In this document: piece after piece, positions 53,063-64,000 of the stretch | Position numbering within the stretch: the stretch's first letter is position 1 | Layout: each line of letters opens with the position of its first letter | Assembly (NCBI GenBank): GCA_051294375.1 | Contig: CM119268.1 | Span: 19,474,625-19,538,624 of the forward strand | DNA length: 64,000 bases | From: Paraspadella gotoi | Taxonomy: Eukaryota; Animalia; Chaetognatha | Direction: 5' to 3' | The notes under the pieces: generated by a model | Database searches by the model: none | Seen by the model: only the letters and a program-made list of their open reading frames with translations | What the model was told of the DNA's origin: nothing | Made by a program: the position numbers and the translations under genes

Positions 53063-54033
53063 ATAGTACTATATATAAATATAGCCTACTGCGAAAATTG
53101 AAGAACAAAAAATGATTTTTTTTATAAATTAATGTTTACTGATGGTATGTTGTTCATAATTGACATTTAGAATTTTCGTATGTAACTTTCACTACGCTCT
53201 AGTAAGTATATGCTAGCGATACGATAATTCTGTGCATATAAAAATTAAAATACGTTTTAATAATTTGTATATCAAATATAGTTTTAATAAGATTAAAAAA
53301 AAGTGAAGAAAAAGCCTCTTAGGATAAGCTATCAAATAATATTATGACTTTTGGTCTGATGATTACAACGATGACTACAGTGATGACGACGAAAAAACAA
53401 ACACGATGACACTGATGACGACAACAATTGCTACGAATCCGACGACAGAGACGACTGATTTAAACAGAAGACGCGACGACGAAAACGACGACGATGACGA
53501 CGATGCCCTCTAGACTCGAAAACAAACATTGCGGAACCACCTGATGCTCCTAAACTGAACTCACGAATTTTGAGAAGCAAGAGCACGCGAATCCAATGCC
53601 ATGGTACAATCATAACATCTCATTGCATTACTTTACATTACATAACATTATATTCAATCCGTTGCCCTGCCACAATAATCGTTCCTGATTAAATTACATT
53701 CTGCGCCTTTTTACCGCTTGGAAAAACGTTTTTTTTTCGTCTTCTTTTTTCATTTCTATCTTTCTTTCATCCTCTTTATTACTTTTTTCCTTCCTCTCCT
53801 TTTTCTCTTGGTTTTTCATTCTTTCTTTCTTTTTTTTCGTGAATTGGTCGCCGGTGCCATCTAGGGGGAATGTGGCACCTCAGGTGTTCTAAACTTTATG
53901 ACGCGCGAGAATATGACAAATGATGACAGCAACGCTATTGCAAAAACACTCTCTCTCCTTCTTCCCTTCTTTACCTATATATTCGACTTATCTTCTTTCT
54001 TCTTTTTTTTCCATACCTCTCTCTATCGCGGCT

Positions 54034-54115
<82 letters not shown>

Positions 54116-55686
54116 CAGTTTACAAAAACTTGTATTTGTTCCAGATTAAAAATGTATTTATTTCTCTCTCCCTGTCTTAATCTCTCCTCTCTCTCTCTCT
54201 CTCTTCTCTCTCCTCTCTCTCTCTCCTCTATCTCCTCTCTCTCTCTTTCATCTCCCATCTTTGAATCGCTAGTATTTATGAGTCCATTTCTTCGTCTTGA
54301 TGTTTATGACTTTCGCCTCACGTCTTCCACGAATTTTTTTCTTTGCTGCCCAGAGATCAAAGGACCAAACTTTGCTTCTTCCAAACGACTCGATATTTTC
54401 GGACAGAATTGTAATCATCGTTGTCGTCGTCGTCGTTTTTATCCCATCACCAATAATTTTCGGCCCTATTTTCCCGAAGCGACCCAAATCATCTTTAATT
54501 CGATATTAAATTAGTTTTTAGTTTTAAAGATTAGCTTAGTGGTTAGGATTGAGGATTAGCTTAGGGGTTAGGTTATGGATTAAAGTTAGGGATTAGGTTA
54601 GTGATTAAGGTTAGAGATTAAGGACTTTGAATTAAGGTTTAGAATTATGGTTAAAGATTAACGATAAAGGTTTAGGTTTAGGTTTAAATTTTGGATTTTA
54701 AAACGAGGTAAAATATTAAGATTATAATTAAGTTCAGAAATAGGGAGCTTTTGGCAAACCGGATTTTCTCTGTTGTTTGACCCATTCCCTTCTTTCCTCT
54801 CTCTCTTTCATATCCTTCTCTCCAAAAAAGGAAACAATTTTTTTTCTCCTTTTTGCAGAATGGTGGACTTTGATGACGTCATTTAGTCGTCGTCATTTCC
54901 TCAATCGTCGTCATCAACGTCGTCATGGTCGTTGTCTTCTTTACTTCCCCCCGCCCCCCCACATCCGCCGGAAGCGTTCGGCGCGGTCGCTTGGAAACGG
55001 AATTGAAACGAGGCATCGCTCGCTTCTTACGGTTGTTTACGGCTGGACGCCTGCTTGATTGCTTACGTCGACGCTTGTATCGTTGCTTGACGATTACTGG
55101 CGCGTTGCTTGCCTCGCGTCACGTGGTTATAATTGTTTTTTTGTTTTTTTTGTTTTTTTGTGTGTGTTTGTATACTTCTAACTCAATATTAATCAAATAT
55201 TTTATCCTCTTATTAATATTACGTTTCGTTGACAGGTTTTTGGTTTTCGGCTACCAGTGCATTCTTTTTTTAAACCAATTTCGATGGCGAAATTGAATTG
55301 GGTTTAAACCTCGAATTTGGTTTGTTGGTGACTCGATAGCAAGCCTTCGCCGACTTTCGCTTGTCGATCTCACTTTGTCGCGTCTCTTCGCCTCATTTGC
55401 TTCAGTCGCTGTCGTTGTTGTTGTTGTTGTTGTTGTTGTAGTTTTTGTTGCTTCATTATCCTTTTGGCGTTGTGGTCGTTGTTGTTGTGGTCGTTGTTGT
55501 TATTTTCGTTGTTGGGCCAATTGAAAAGCTTCAATGTGATGAAGCTTAAATTTTATTTGCCGTTTTTTCCTTAGAAATTAATCTCTTTCTTCTTTTACTA
55601 CACAATGAAAATACTTAAAAAAATTTAATTCATTGTCGAAATTAATAGGATTTCAGACAAGGAAAAGTAGACAATAAACTAGATAT

Positions 55687-55940
55687 TGTGGTGGTATATT
55701 CACACCGCCTCACGTCCGTCATCCTTCAGCCAAATCCATTGGCTCAGAGGGGGAACACACCATCCCAAGCGTAGTGTTCCATCCACAGTCCTAACGACTT
55801 CCCTCTGCGTTGGCATTGCGAGACCGTCCTAGGGTAACTGCGCCAGTGACTGGGTGCGTCACTGAGGGTCGCAAGCCCCCAAAACCAACAGTAACATGCC
55901 CAATCCCAATGGGCATCACAGGCAACCCGCTTTTGCCATA
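55687..55940 (+). mobile_element. Solo LTR, family E (tRNA-like head plus twister-like fold)
   Basis: tgtggt...gccata termini, TSD atat (55683-86, 55941-44), a 5' hairpin and the A box tggctcagagg. It forms a GC-rich island in AT-rich context. Confidence 0.8.
55809..55889 (+). ncRNA. Twister-ribozyme-like double pseudoknot (P5-type permutation)
   Basis: UAA-CUGC-GC, then P3 cagtgac/gtcactg, then P4 ggg/ccc closing the loop UCGCAAGC. T1 is UCGC(55869-72)/GCGA(55818-21), T2 is GC/GC, and the outer stem is gttgg/ccaac. The conserved GA before T1 is replaced by UU. Confidence 0.55.
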
Positions 55941-56348
55941 ATATGCTATTTATTGCTGCTTAAAATACTACAGACTATGCATTCTCCCAGCGAAAAATTA
56001 CATAATATTTTCTCCGTTTTTTTATAAAACCTCGTTGTGTTTTTATTATATTAAATATAGTTTTTTTTACATATAGCTTTTCTTTTTTGTCCCTTTTTTT
56101 ACCGCCTACATTTTTTTTATTCTTTCGCTTTAACTCTCAGCGTGGGATAAACACGACAGAATCTCTGGGGAAGAACAAGAACATGGAGGACAAAAACATA
56201 GAGAACAAGAAAACCTCTTCTCATCTTTCCTTACTTCTTTTTTTCTCTTTTTTTTCTTTCATTTTTTCTTTCTTTCTTTCCTTATTTTTTTTCATATTTT
56301 CTTTCTTTCATTTCTTTCCTTCTTTAATATTTCCTTTATTTTTGTCTG

Positions 56349-56416
<68 letters not shown>

Positions 56417-57490
56417 ACTTTCTTTGGTTTTATTTCTATCTTTCCTTCTTTATTTCTAGTAACTTTTTTTCATTATTTCTTTAAATGTTTTTTTTAAGTT
56501 GTCTGTTGATTATGACACAAAATCACATTGTTAATTCGAATTTTCATTCCTTTTCTTCCTCTTTATTCTATCTAACCCTCTCTCTCTTCACTTGTTTTGT
56601 CTGTTTTTCTCCTATTCTTTCGTTCCACATCTCTCTCTCTTCCTCTTCCTCTCTCTCGCCTTTTTTTTTTTTTCTCATCTCTCTCTCTCTCGCTCATCTC
56701 TACTCTCTCTCTCCTCCTCTCTCTCTCTCTCTCGTCTCTCTCTCTTCCTTTCCTTTCCATTCCGCCCTCATTCTTCAGTGTTCAACAATCAATTTTCTCT
56801 CCCAGACTTTTTTCTATATTTTCTTTTTGCCCTTCTTTCCATCTCATTTCTTTTTTTATCCTTTCCTCTCTTTTTTCATCACATCCCCCCAAAAATATTT
56901 TCATCGAATTTCACTAAATTCCCCTTATTTTACTATTTCCCATGTTAGGAGCNNNNNNNNNNNNNNNNNNNNNNNNNNNNNNNNNNNNNNNNNNNNNNNN
57001 NNNNNNNNNNNNNNNNNNNNNNNNNNNNNNNNNNNNNNNNNNNNNNNNNNNNNNNNNNNNNNNNNNNNNNNNNNNNNNNNNNNNNNNNNNNNNNNNNNNN
57101 NNNNNNNNNNNNNNNNNNNNNNNNNNNNNNNNNNNNNNNNNNNNNNNNNNNNNNNNNNNNNNNNATAGATAGAGAAAGAGATCGAGAGAGTTTCTAATTT
57201 TATCTTTTTTCGTTGGTTTGCAGCCTCTTTCTGGATCCTACGTTACGTTAATTTGAAGGACGAAGGGCCTCTGCTGACAATCAAAACTAATCAGGACGAA
57301 GGGCATCAAAACCAATCAGAGTCTCATTATAGCATGGAGAGGCTTGGATAGTGGGCGGGGGATAGAAGGGGAAGGTGGTGGGAGGGTGGAAGAATGTGGT
57401 CGTAGGGAAAGTTAGTCAATATGAAGATGACAAGAGCACTGTTTTCGGAAAGCGCCTTATTTCTGAACCTTAATCTCAATACTTAATCCT

Positions 57491-57850
57491 TACGTCGCAA
57501 TGCAAGATAAAAGCTAAAAGGGAGTTTCNNNNNNNNNNNNNNNNNNNNNNNNNNNNNNNNNNNNNNNNNNNNNNNNNNNNNNNNNNNNNNNNNNNNNNNN
57601 NNNNNNNNNNNNNNNNNNNNNNNNNNNNNNNNNNNNNNNNNNNNNNNNNNNNNNNNNNNNNNNNNNNNNNNNNNNNNNNNNNNNNNNNNNNNNNNNNNNN
57701 NNNNNNNNNNNNNNNNNNNNNNNNNNNNNNNNNNNNNNNNNNNNNNNNNNNNNNNNNNNNNNNNNNNNNNNNNNNNNNNNNNNNNNNNNNNNNNNNNNNN
57801 NNNNNNNNNNNNNNGAACTCTCTTTCAGCTTTTAGCTTGCATTGCGTCTT
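57491..57850. repeat. Inverted repeats flanking an N gap (probable MITE)
   Basis: cgcaatgcaagataaaagctaaaagggagtt versus aactctctttcagcttttagcttgcattgcg. Confidence 0.5.
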
Positions 57851-57926
57851 ACCCTCATATATAAACCTTAAAACTGATTAATATCTGATGATTTGGCCGG
57901 AAATGAACTGAAAGAAGAGATGAAAT

Positions 57927-57960
<34 letters not shown>

Positions 57961-59501
57961 TCTCTCTTCTCACTCTTTCTCTCTCCTCTCTCTCTCTCTC
58001 TCTCTCCCGTAAGTTCTCGATAAAGTACACTGCGGCGCAAAAAACAAGAAGACACTTCTTTTCACACCGAAAAACACTAGTATTGGATGGATGAATTTTA
58101 CTGAGATATAGAAACATAAAACGAAGCATATTAAAAGATAGAGGTCCCATTAAAATCGGTCAAAGCGTCAGAAAGTTATAGAACGTCAAAGTCTATTGGT
58201 ACAAAACATCTGACGAGAATAAATTAATTTTAATCAAGAAGAGTCTCAAACTTTTCCTTAATATAATATATTTATAAAGTTTGATAGGAGATTAACGAAA
58301 AAAAATCATTTTTTAACAACATTTTGTTTTTATTTTTGCAAACAAAAATCGGACATGTTTCGACTCTAAGGGATTTCGAATTGTCTACCAATATATTTAT
58401 AATATGGAATTGGCTGAATAAATTCAGCATCAAATATCTGTAAGGATAGGTGTTAACCATTTTCAACCTAAATCAAATTAAAATAAGTAGGGAAACTATA
58501 TAGAAAAACAATCTGTTAAAAATAAAAGGAAAAGCAGTTGAGTAATAACTTACCCAAGGATAATTTCAAAGTTTTTTCACATCAAAGTTTTTTGCCTTAT
58601 GACATCTCGTGTTAAAGCAGACTAATATAAAATAAACTCTTACAGTTATATTGAAATTTTTTTTTATCATAAAATTTCGTTTTGATTTTGAGATAATTTT
58701 AAAAAAATCGATTGTTTTCAATATATATTATTAAAATGCTATATTTGGCAGCAATTAACTAAATATTTTTATCGAAAAGTAATGAAAATTTATTGTGAAC
58801 CCTTTTATATGTTTAATTCCATTATGATTTTGTCAATTTTATATTGTAAACATCAGTCAGAAAAAGAAATATCATCAATGCTATCCTTTGGAAATAATTT
58901 TTTCCCAATTCCGTTTTGAGACTCTGACTTTAAAGTCTTGCTATATTCTACTGCCCGAACTAATTAAAATTTTTTGGGTACCAATCGATAGCTCTTTAAA
59001 AGAGCTATACTATATTTTCTCAAAATTAAAAAAGAAATAGTGGTGCATTTAAAGCTACCTAGTCTAGTGGCTTTTTTTTGAGGTAGTTTAAATAAGTAGC
59101 CTAAAGATCTTCTCCTCTTTTCAATATCAATATCAATATCGCTCTCTCGTCGTTGTCGTCGTCGTCGTTGTTATTTGTTATTTTTATTGTTGTAGTGTAA
59201 GCGTTGACTCTTTTTCTTTCTTTTTAACAGAAATTGAATTCGAAGATTCAAAAGCGAAAGAAAACAGATCGGTTCAGATTCTTTCCTCTCTCTCCTCTCT
59301 CTCTCTCTCTCTCGTCTCTCTCTCTCTCTCTCCTCTCTCACTCTCTCTCTCTCTCTCTCTTTCTCTTTCTCTCTCTCCTCGCTAACAGATGCTAAAGAAA
59401 CGGTCGATTACCGTTTGGAGGGTTTCCAGGCGGTGGAAAAGTGACGAGGAAAAATGAGGAAGGTGAGAAAGGTTTGTTGGCGCGAAGAAATAGTGAGAGA
59501 G

Positions 59502-59571
<70 letters not shown>

Positions 59572-62500
59572 GAAGCAGAAGGCGGAATTCGAGAAGCGAC
59601 GAGGATCAGTTCGTTCTTTCTCTGATCCAGGATTCTTCCTTCTCTCTCCGTTGGCGTGTCGGGTTTCTCGGGGAAATAATTTGACTTCGAGAAAAAGAAA
59701 CAAAAACAAGAGAATAACTTTAACAAGAGTAAAAAAGAACGAAAATAATAGAACAATTCGTTATGAGATTTTGCTGTGCCATATACGAAACGACCGTTAA
59801 GAATAAAAAGAAAAAAGTACAACAGACCACCAACCATAAAACTAATCCCATAACAGGAACAGATCAACATCATCATGGTCATTACCATTGTCGTCATCAT
59901 CGTCATCTTGGTTGACTTTCCCGTTATAATTAACCCAAATAAAAAAAAAGGGAAACGAATAAAGTGGAATTTATCTTTCGGTTTTTATGATAATAATTAC
60001 ATAATCTCTCGAACATACTAACTAGGGCAAGGAAGTAATAAAAACCTTGTGTTTTATACATTAGGGTGAAGTGAAAAGTTTTGGAAATCAAAAATTTAGC
60101 GTTTATATCTTGAAAATAATACATATTAGTAATACTAATACTGTAATTATTTTTTTTTACAAATATAGTAGCCTCAGTCAGCTTATTTTGTATATAGTAT
60201 ACTACCACTTATATATGTCAAATTTTATAAATGTTTTAAAGCCGGTCATGGCTCGATATTGATTCGGGTCAGCTTCTTTGTGCGTCGTCGTCGTCGGCGT
60301 CACGCTTTTTTGTAATAAAAACTACTACGCTTTTATAGTTTTGGCTGGACTTACCGGTTTTTTATTTAATTAAAATTATTATAATTACGATGAAGGTTTA
60401 TAAAAGTGTGCGATCATAGTAAGTTAATTAGATATGGCTTCCTCATCTTGAAATAGCTCTGATATTTTCTTATTACATTTGGATTTAAGTATTTTTTTGT
60501 TTGAATTTCCACTTCATTTTGATTTACTGCAATATGCAAATATGAGATTATAGTACTCATTATAGTATCCAAATTAGTATATAGAAATGCTTAATCTAAT
60601 TTACAATATTGCAGTATATTATATATTGATAGATGAAATTAAAAAATTTTTTTAATCTATAATAAAAGTGGGAAACTAAAGGAACTTTTTAATGAAGAAG
60701 CTATATCTTTAATTTTAATACAAAAAAAATAAAATCTTTTACAAAGCTGACGATTGGAAAAATTGGAAAATTTTCCAATTGTAACATTGTAACATATTTT
60801 TTTTGCCTTTCTTTATTTCTTTAAATATATATATAATTATTTCTGTTTTCTGCAACACGAGTTCATGCTCTGGCAGTGACTGTACAGCGGCCTTTCCAGC
60901 AGCTGTCCAGCTTTTGTCTCTCTCTGTTTCTCTCTCTTCTCTCTCTTCTCTCATCTCTCTCTCTCTGTCCTTTCTCTCTCTGTACAATCGTTCGTTTTTT
61001 TAAAATAATATATTATTTTCTTTCTTCTAAAAACTTATTCTCGCTATTTTTTTTCAATACAAAATCTCCCAAATTACAAATCCGAGATTTTTCGTGGATT
61101 CATTTTAGAAAAAAGGGAAGAATAACTTATAATGCAGGCAATGTCACATTTACATCAACTTGCTGCTGTACAAATACCTGCTATATGTCCGGCAATTGCG
61201 CGGATTAATTTAATTTTTTTTTTTTATTGACGTAAACTGACATAAAACAACAACGATCCAAATTGATATAACTACATTCAATGACATGACACAATGACGT
61301 GATGAATAAAGGACCAAACATGACTTAAATGAGGTAAATGATATAAAATGACAAAACATGATTAAAATTACTTAAGGACGCAATATAATAAAATGACATA
61401 AAGGGATCAAATGTAACTATTAATTTAATTGCATATATAATTTTCTAAAAAAAAATAATTTTATTTGTTTTTGTTTATTATTGTAACTTTGGACCGGTCG
61501 GCCCACTATTGGCAAATTATATCTAAAATAGGAGTTGAGAAGAGAGATATAGTCAAATTAAACATTACTTTTTTTGTTATTCTGATAATTTTTACAATTT
61601 TAAATTTGTAAATTTTTTTTAGTGTATATATTTATTCATTTTTATCTTTTTTTAAAATAATAATTATTTGAGGTGGGATAAATATTTATAAATTAGTTAA
61701 ATATGCAAATATGAAATTTGACCTCGGTCTGGTTTCTTCTTAAAAAAAAGAACAATCTAAAATTTCATTCAAGATTAAAACTTTTTTTAGAAAGGAAAAG
61801 AGTTGGTCCCTACTCAGATTCGTCGAAAAACAAGTTCAGCCGGCTGCGGTCCAGCGTCTCGTTATCTTTTCTCTCTCTCTCTCTTCTCTCTTCTCCTTCT
61901 CTCTCTCTCTCTCTTGCTCTTCTTTTTTTTTCTTCTTTATTCCGCCATTGATTCCGCGCTTGTTTCTCTAATACAAAATCCCAAATTTACATCCGATATG
62001 TTGTGGATTTTTTTTCTAAAAATTCTGATTATTTTTATATAAACGATGAGTGTAAATGACCGATGCCTCTCTCCTCTCCTCTTCTCTCTCTCTCCTCTCT
62101 CTCTCTCTCTTCTTCTCTTCTCATTTCATACACGCAATTTGTTTGGTTATTATACATGAATGCATCATCGCGTCAATGAATTTTGAACTATTATCGATCA
62201 ATGAATGATTATATCATCAACATCTATGAATGATTATCATCACATCATAATGAAATGAACTATATCGCATCAATCATTTGATTACATCACATCAGTTATT
62301 TTTTATCTGCATTCAATTATTGTTCCATTTTTTTACACCATAAGGAACCAATTTTAATTCTGTATTTAATTTTAATTAATTTAATGTTTATCGTTTAATA
62401 ACTTTCTCTTTGTCTCTCCTATTTTAATGTTTTTGGCTTAACTTAGACTGTTCTTGTTTGTTTGCTTGTGTCATGATGACTTCTACTGAATTCAACCTCG

Positions 62501-63860
62501 TTGATTATTCGAATAAAGATCGACCTATACAGCTCACGTATATTGTGCCCTTCATTGCCAATATTTTAGCTTCACCATCGGAAGCCAGGCACGTCCCTTA
62601 TCTTTTAAGACGCTCGCGAATTTTTTTTTCTATTCATTCTGAGAACAGATTCAGATTCCTCGTAAAAAGTTGATAAAAGAAATTATAAATATTTTTCAAA
62701 AATTATGTCATTAAGTAGGTTAAAATTATAAAAAAAACTATATTTTTAAGCTGAAAATTAAAAATCCGCGTCTTAAATATAGTTTTTTACATTTTTAACC
62801 AACAAAATTTTTAAAAAAGAATTATACTTTCTTATATCTACTTTTTGCAAGGAATCCAAATCCGATATAAAATTTTAAAAAAATTGTATTTTGAAATTTT
62901 AGCCTATTATATACTTATTACTATATATAAATATAGCTTACTAGTGCCCACTAATGTATAAAATTGAAAAGTAAATTTACCAAAGTATTTTTATTGGTTT
63001 TTATTTTCATGTTTTATATGCTAAATTTTAATTTTATAAAATTTTATCATTTTCACATCCCTCTAGTATACAAGTTCCCTATATTTCCAGAAGACAACAC
63101 TAACAGCCCACTTTCATTAAGAAAATATTTTTTTTTAGATTTAGATTATCTAAAACAAAAAATAATGAAAAAATAATAATACTAATAAAAAAAATATAGA
63201 ATTTGTAATAAATAATTTCAATGAATATCTTAAAATCTAAAACTTCAAATAGTAATTTTGCAATTTTCCTATTATATTCATCGACCAAGAAATTTTGATA
63301 ACAATATCGACGACGACAGTCACAACAACAACAACAACTACAACGACAACAACTAATCGAAGTTGCGAAAAGAAAATCGAGCCAAAAATAATAAAGAGAA
63401 GTCGATTCGACGCAGAAATTGGCAGCGTTATTGCCGTCGGCTTGGTCGCCTGGAGGCGACAGCTTCGGCCGCGGCAGCAGCAGCGGCAGCGGTGGCAGCA
63501 GCGATGGTGAGGAAGTAAAAACGTAACGACCTCTCACAAATAGGAACTATTACCATCTGGTCCATTTGATTTCGTTTAACAGAAATGAATTAATTATAGG
63601 TGGCCTCCACCGTCACAAGATCAAAAGATCTAGTGAGATACCAATCAGCAAAATTCTGCTTTTTATATCATGAAACTTTGCAAAGCTAAAAAAAAGCAGA
63701 CGCGGTACTATATATTTACTATAAAATTAAAATCAAAAGGGGCAGGGGTAAAAAACTTTAGTCATGATGTCTACTTTCCGGTAGAAGAAGAATTTTTAAA
63801 TAAATTTCAAATTTAATATCTTGTTGCTATCGAAATTACTATATTACTATATAATGAATA

Positions 63861-64000
63861 AAACCAAGTTGAGCAAACAATGTCGGATCTGCCTACAATA
63901 ATTAATATAATTATTAATCATTAATTAATTAAATTAATTTTAATATGTAATAATTAATTTTAAATTTATATTCAACTTATCATTCATCGATGTCCTTAAA
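63861..64000 (-). mobile_element. H1 element 3' end
   Basis: caagttgagcaaacaatgtcggatctgcc. Confidence 0.65.

Noticed and set aside
63295-63537. GC-rich CAG/CGG stretch as a coding exon
   Set aside because: No recognisable protein in either direction and no convincing splice pair; it could be UTR.

Overview
This 64-kb window is repeat-rich, AT-rich eukaryotic DNA, most likely an invertebrate animal draft assembly, with N gaps and many (CT/GA)n, (GAC/GAT)n and (AAT)n microsatellites. I recognise no protein-coding gene, and nearly all listed ORFs are low-complexity artefacts. Roughly 1.8-16.2 kb is a noisy fold-back inverted duplication, probably a long-read or assembly artefact. The remainder holds Helentron-type non-autonomous elements, MITEs, minisatellites, Penelope-type remnants with minimal hammerhead ribozymes and a few candidate cis-regulatory clusters. 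The most notable signal is a set of four short non-coding LTR families: one complete TRIM at 50242-51161 with TSD, PBS and PPT, plus solo LTRs with 4-bp TSDs. Their LTRs share one layout: a 5' hairpin, a tRNA-derived Pol III promoter, and a twister-ribozyme-like double pseudoknot whose pairings covary between families. This suggests a candidate twister-based, tRNA-promoter LTR retrozyme. All alignments and folds were done by eye, and repeat boundaries are approximate unless a TSD is quoted.
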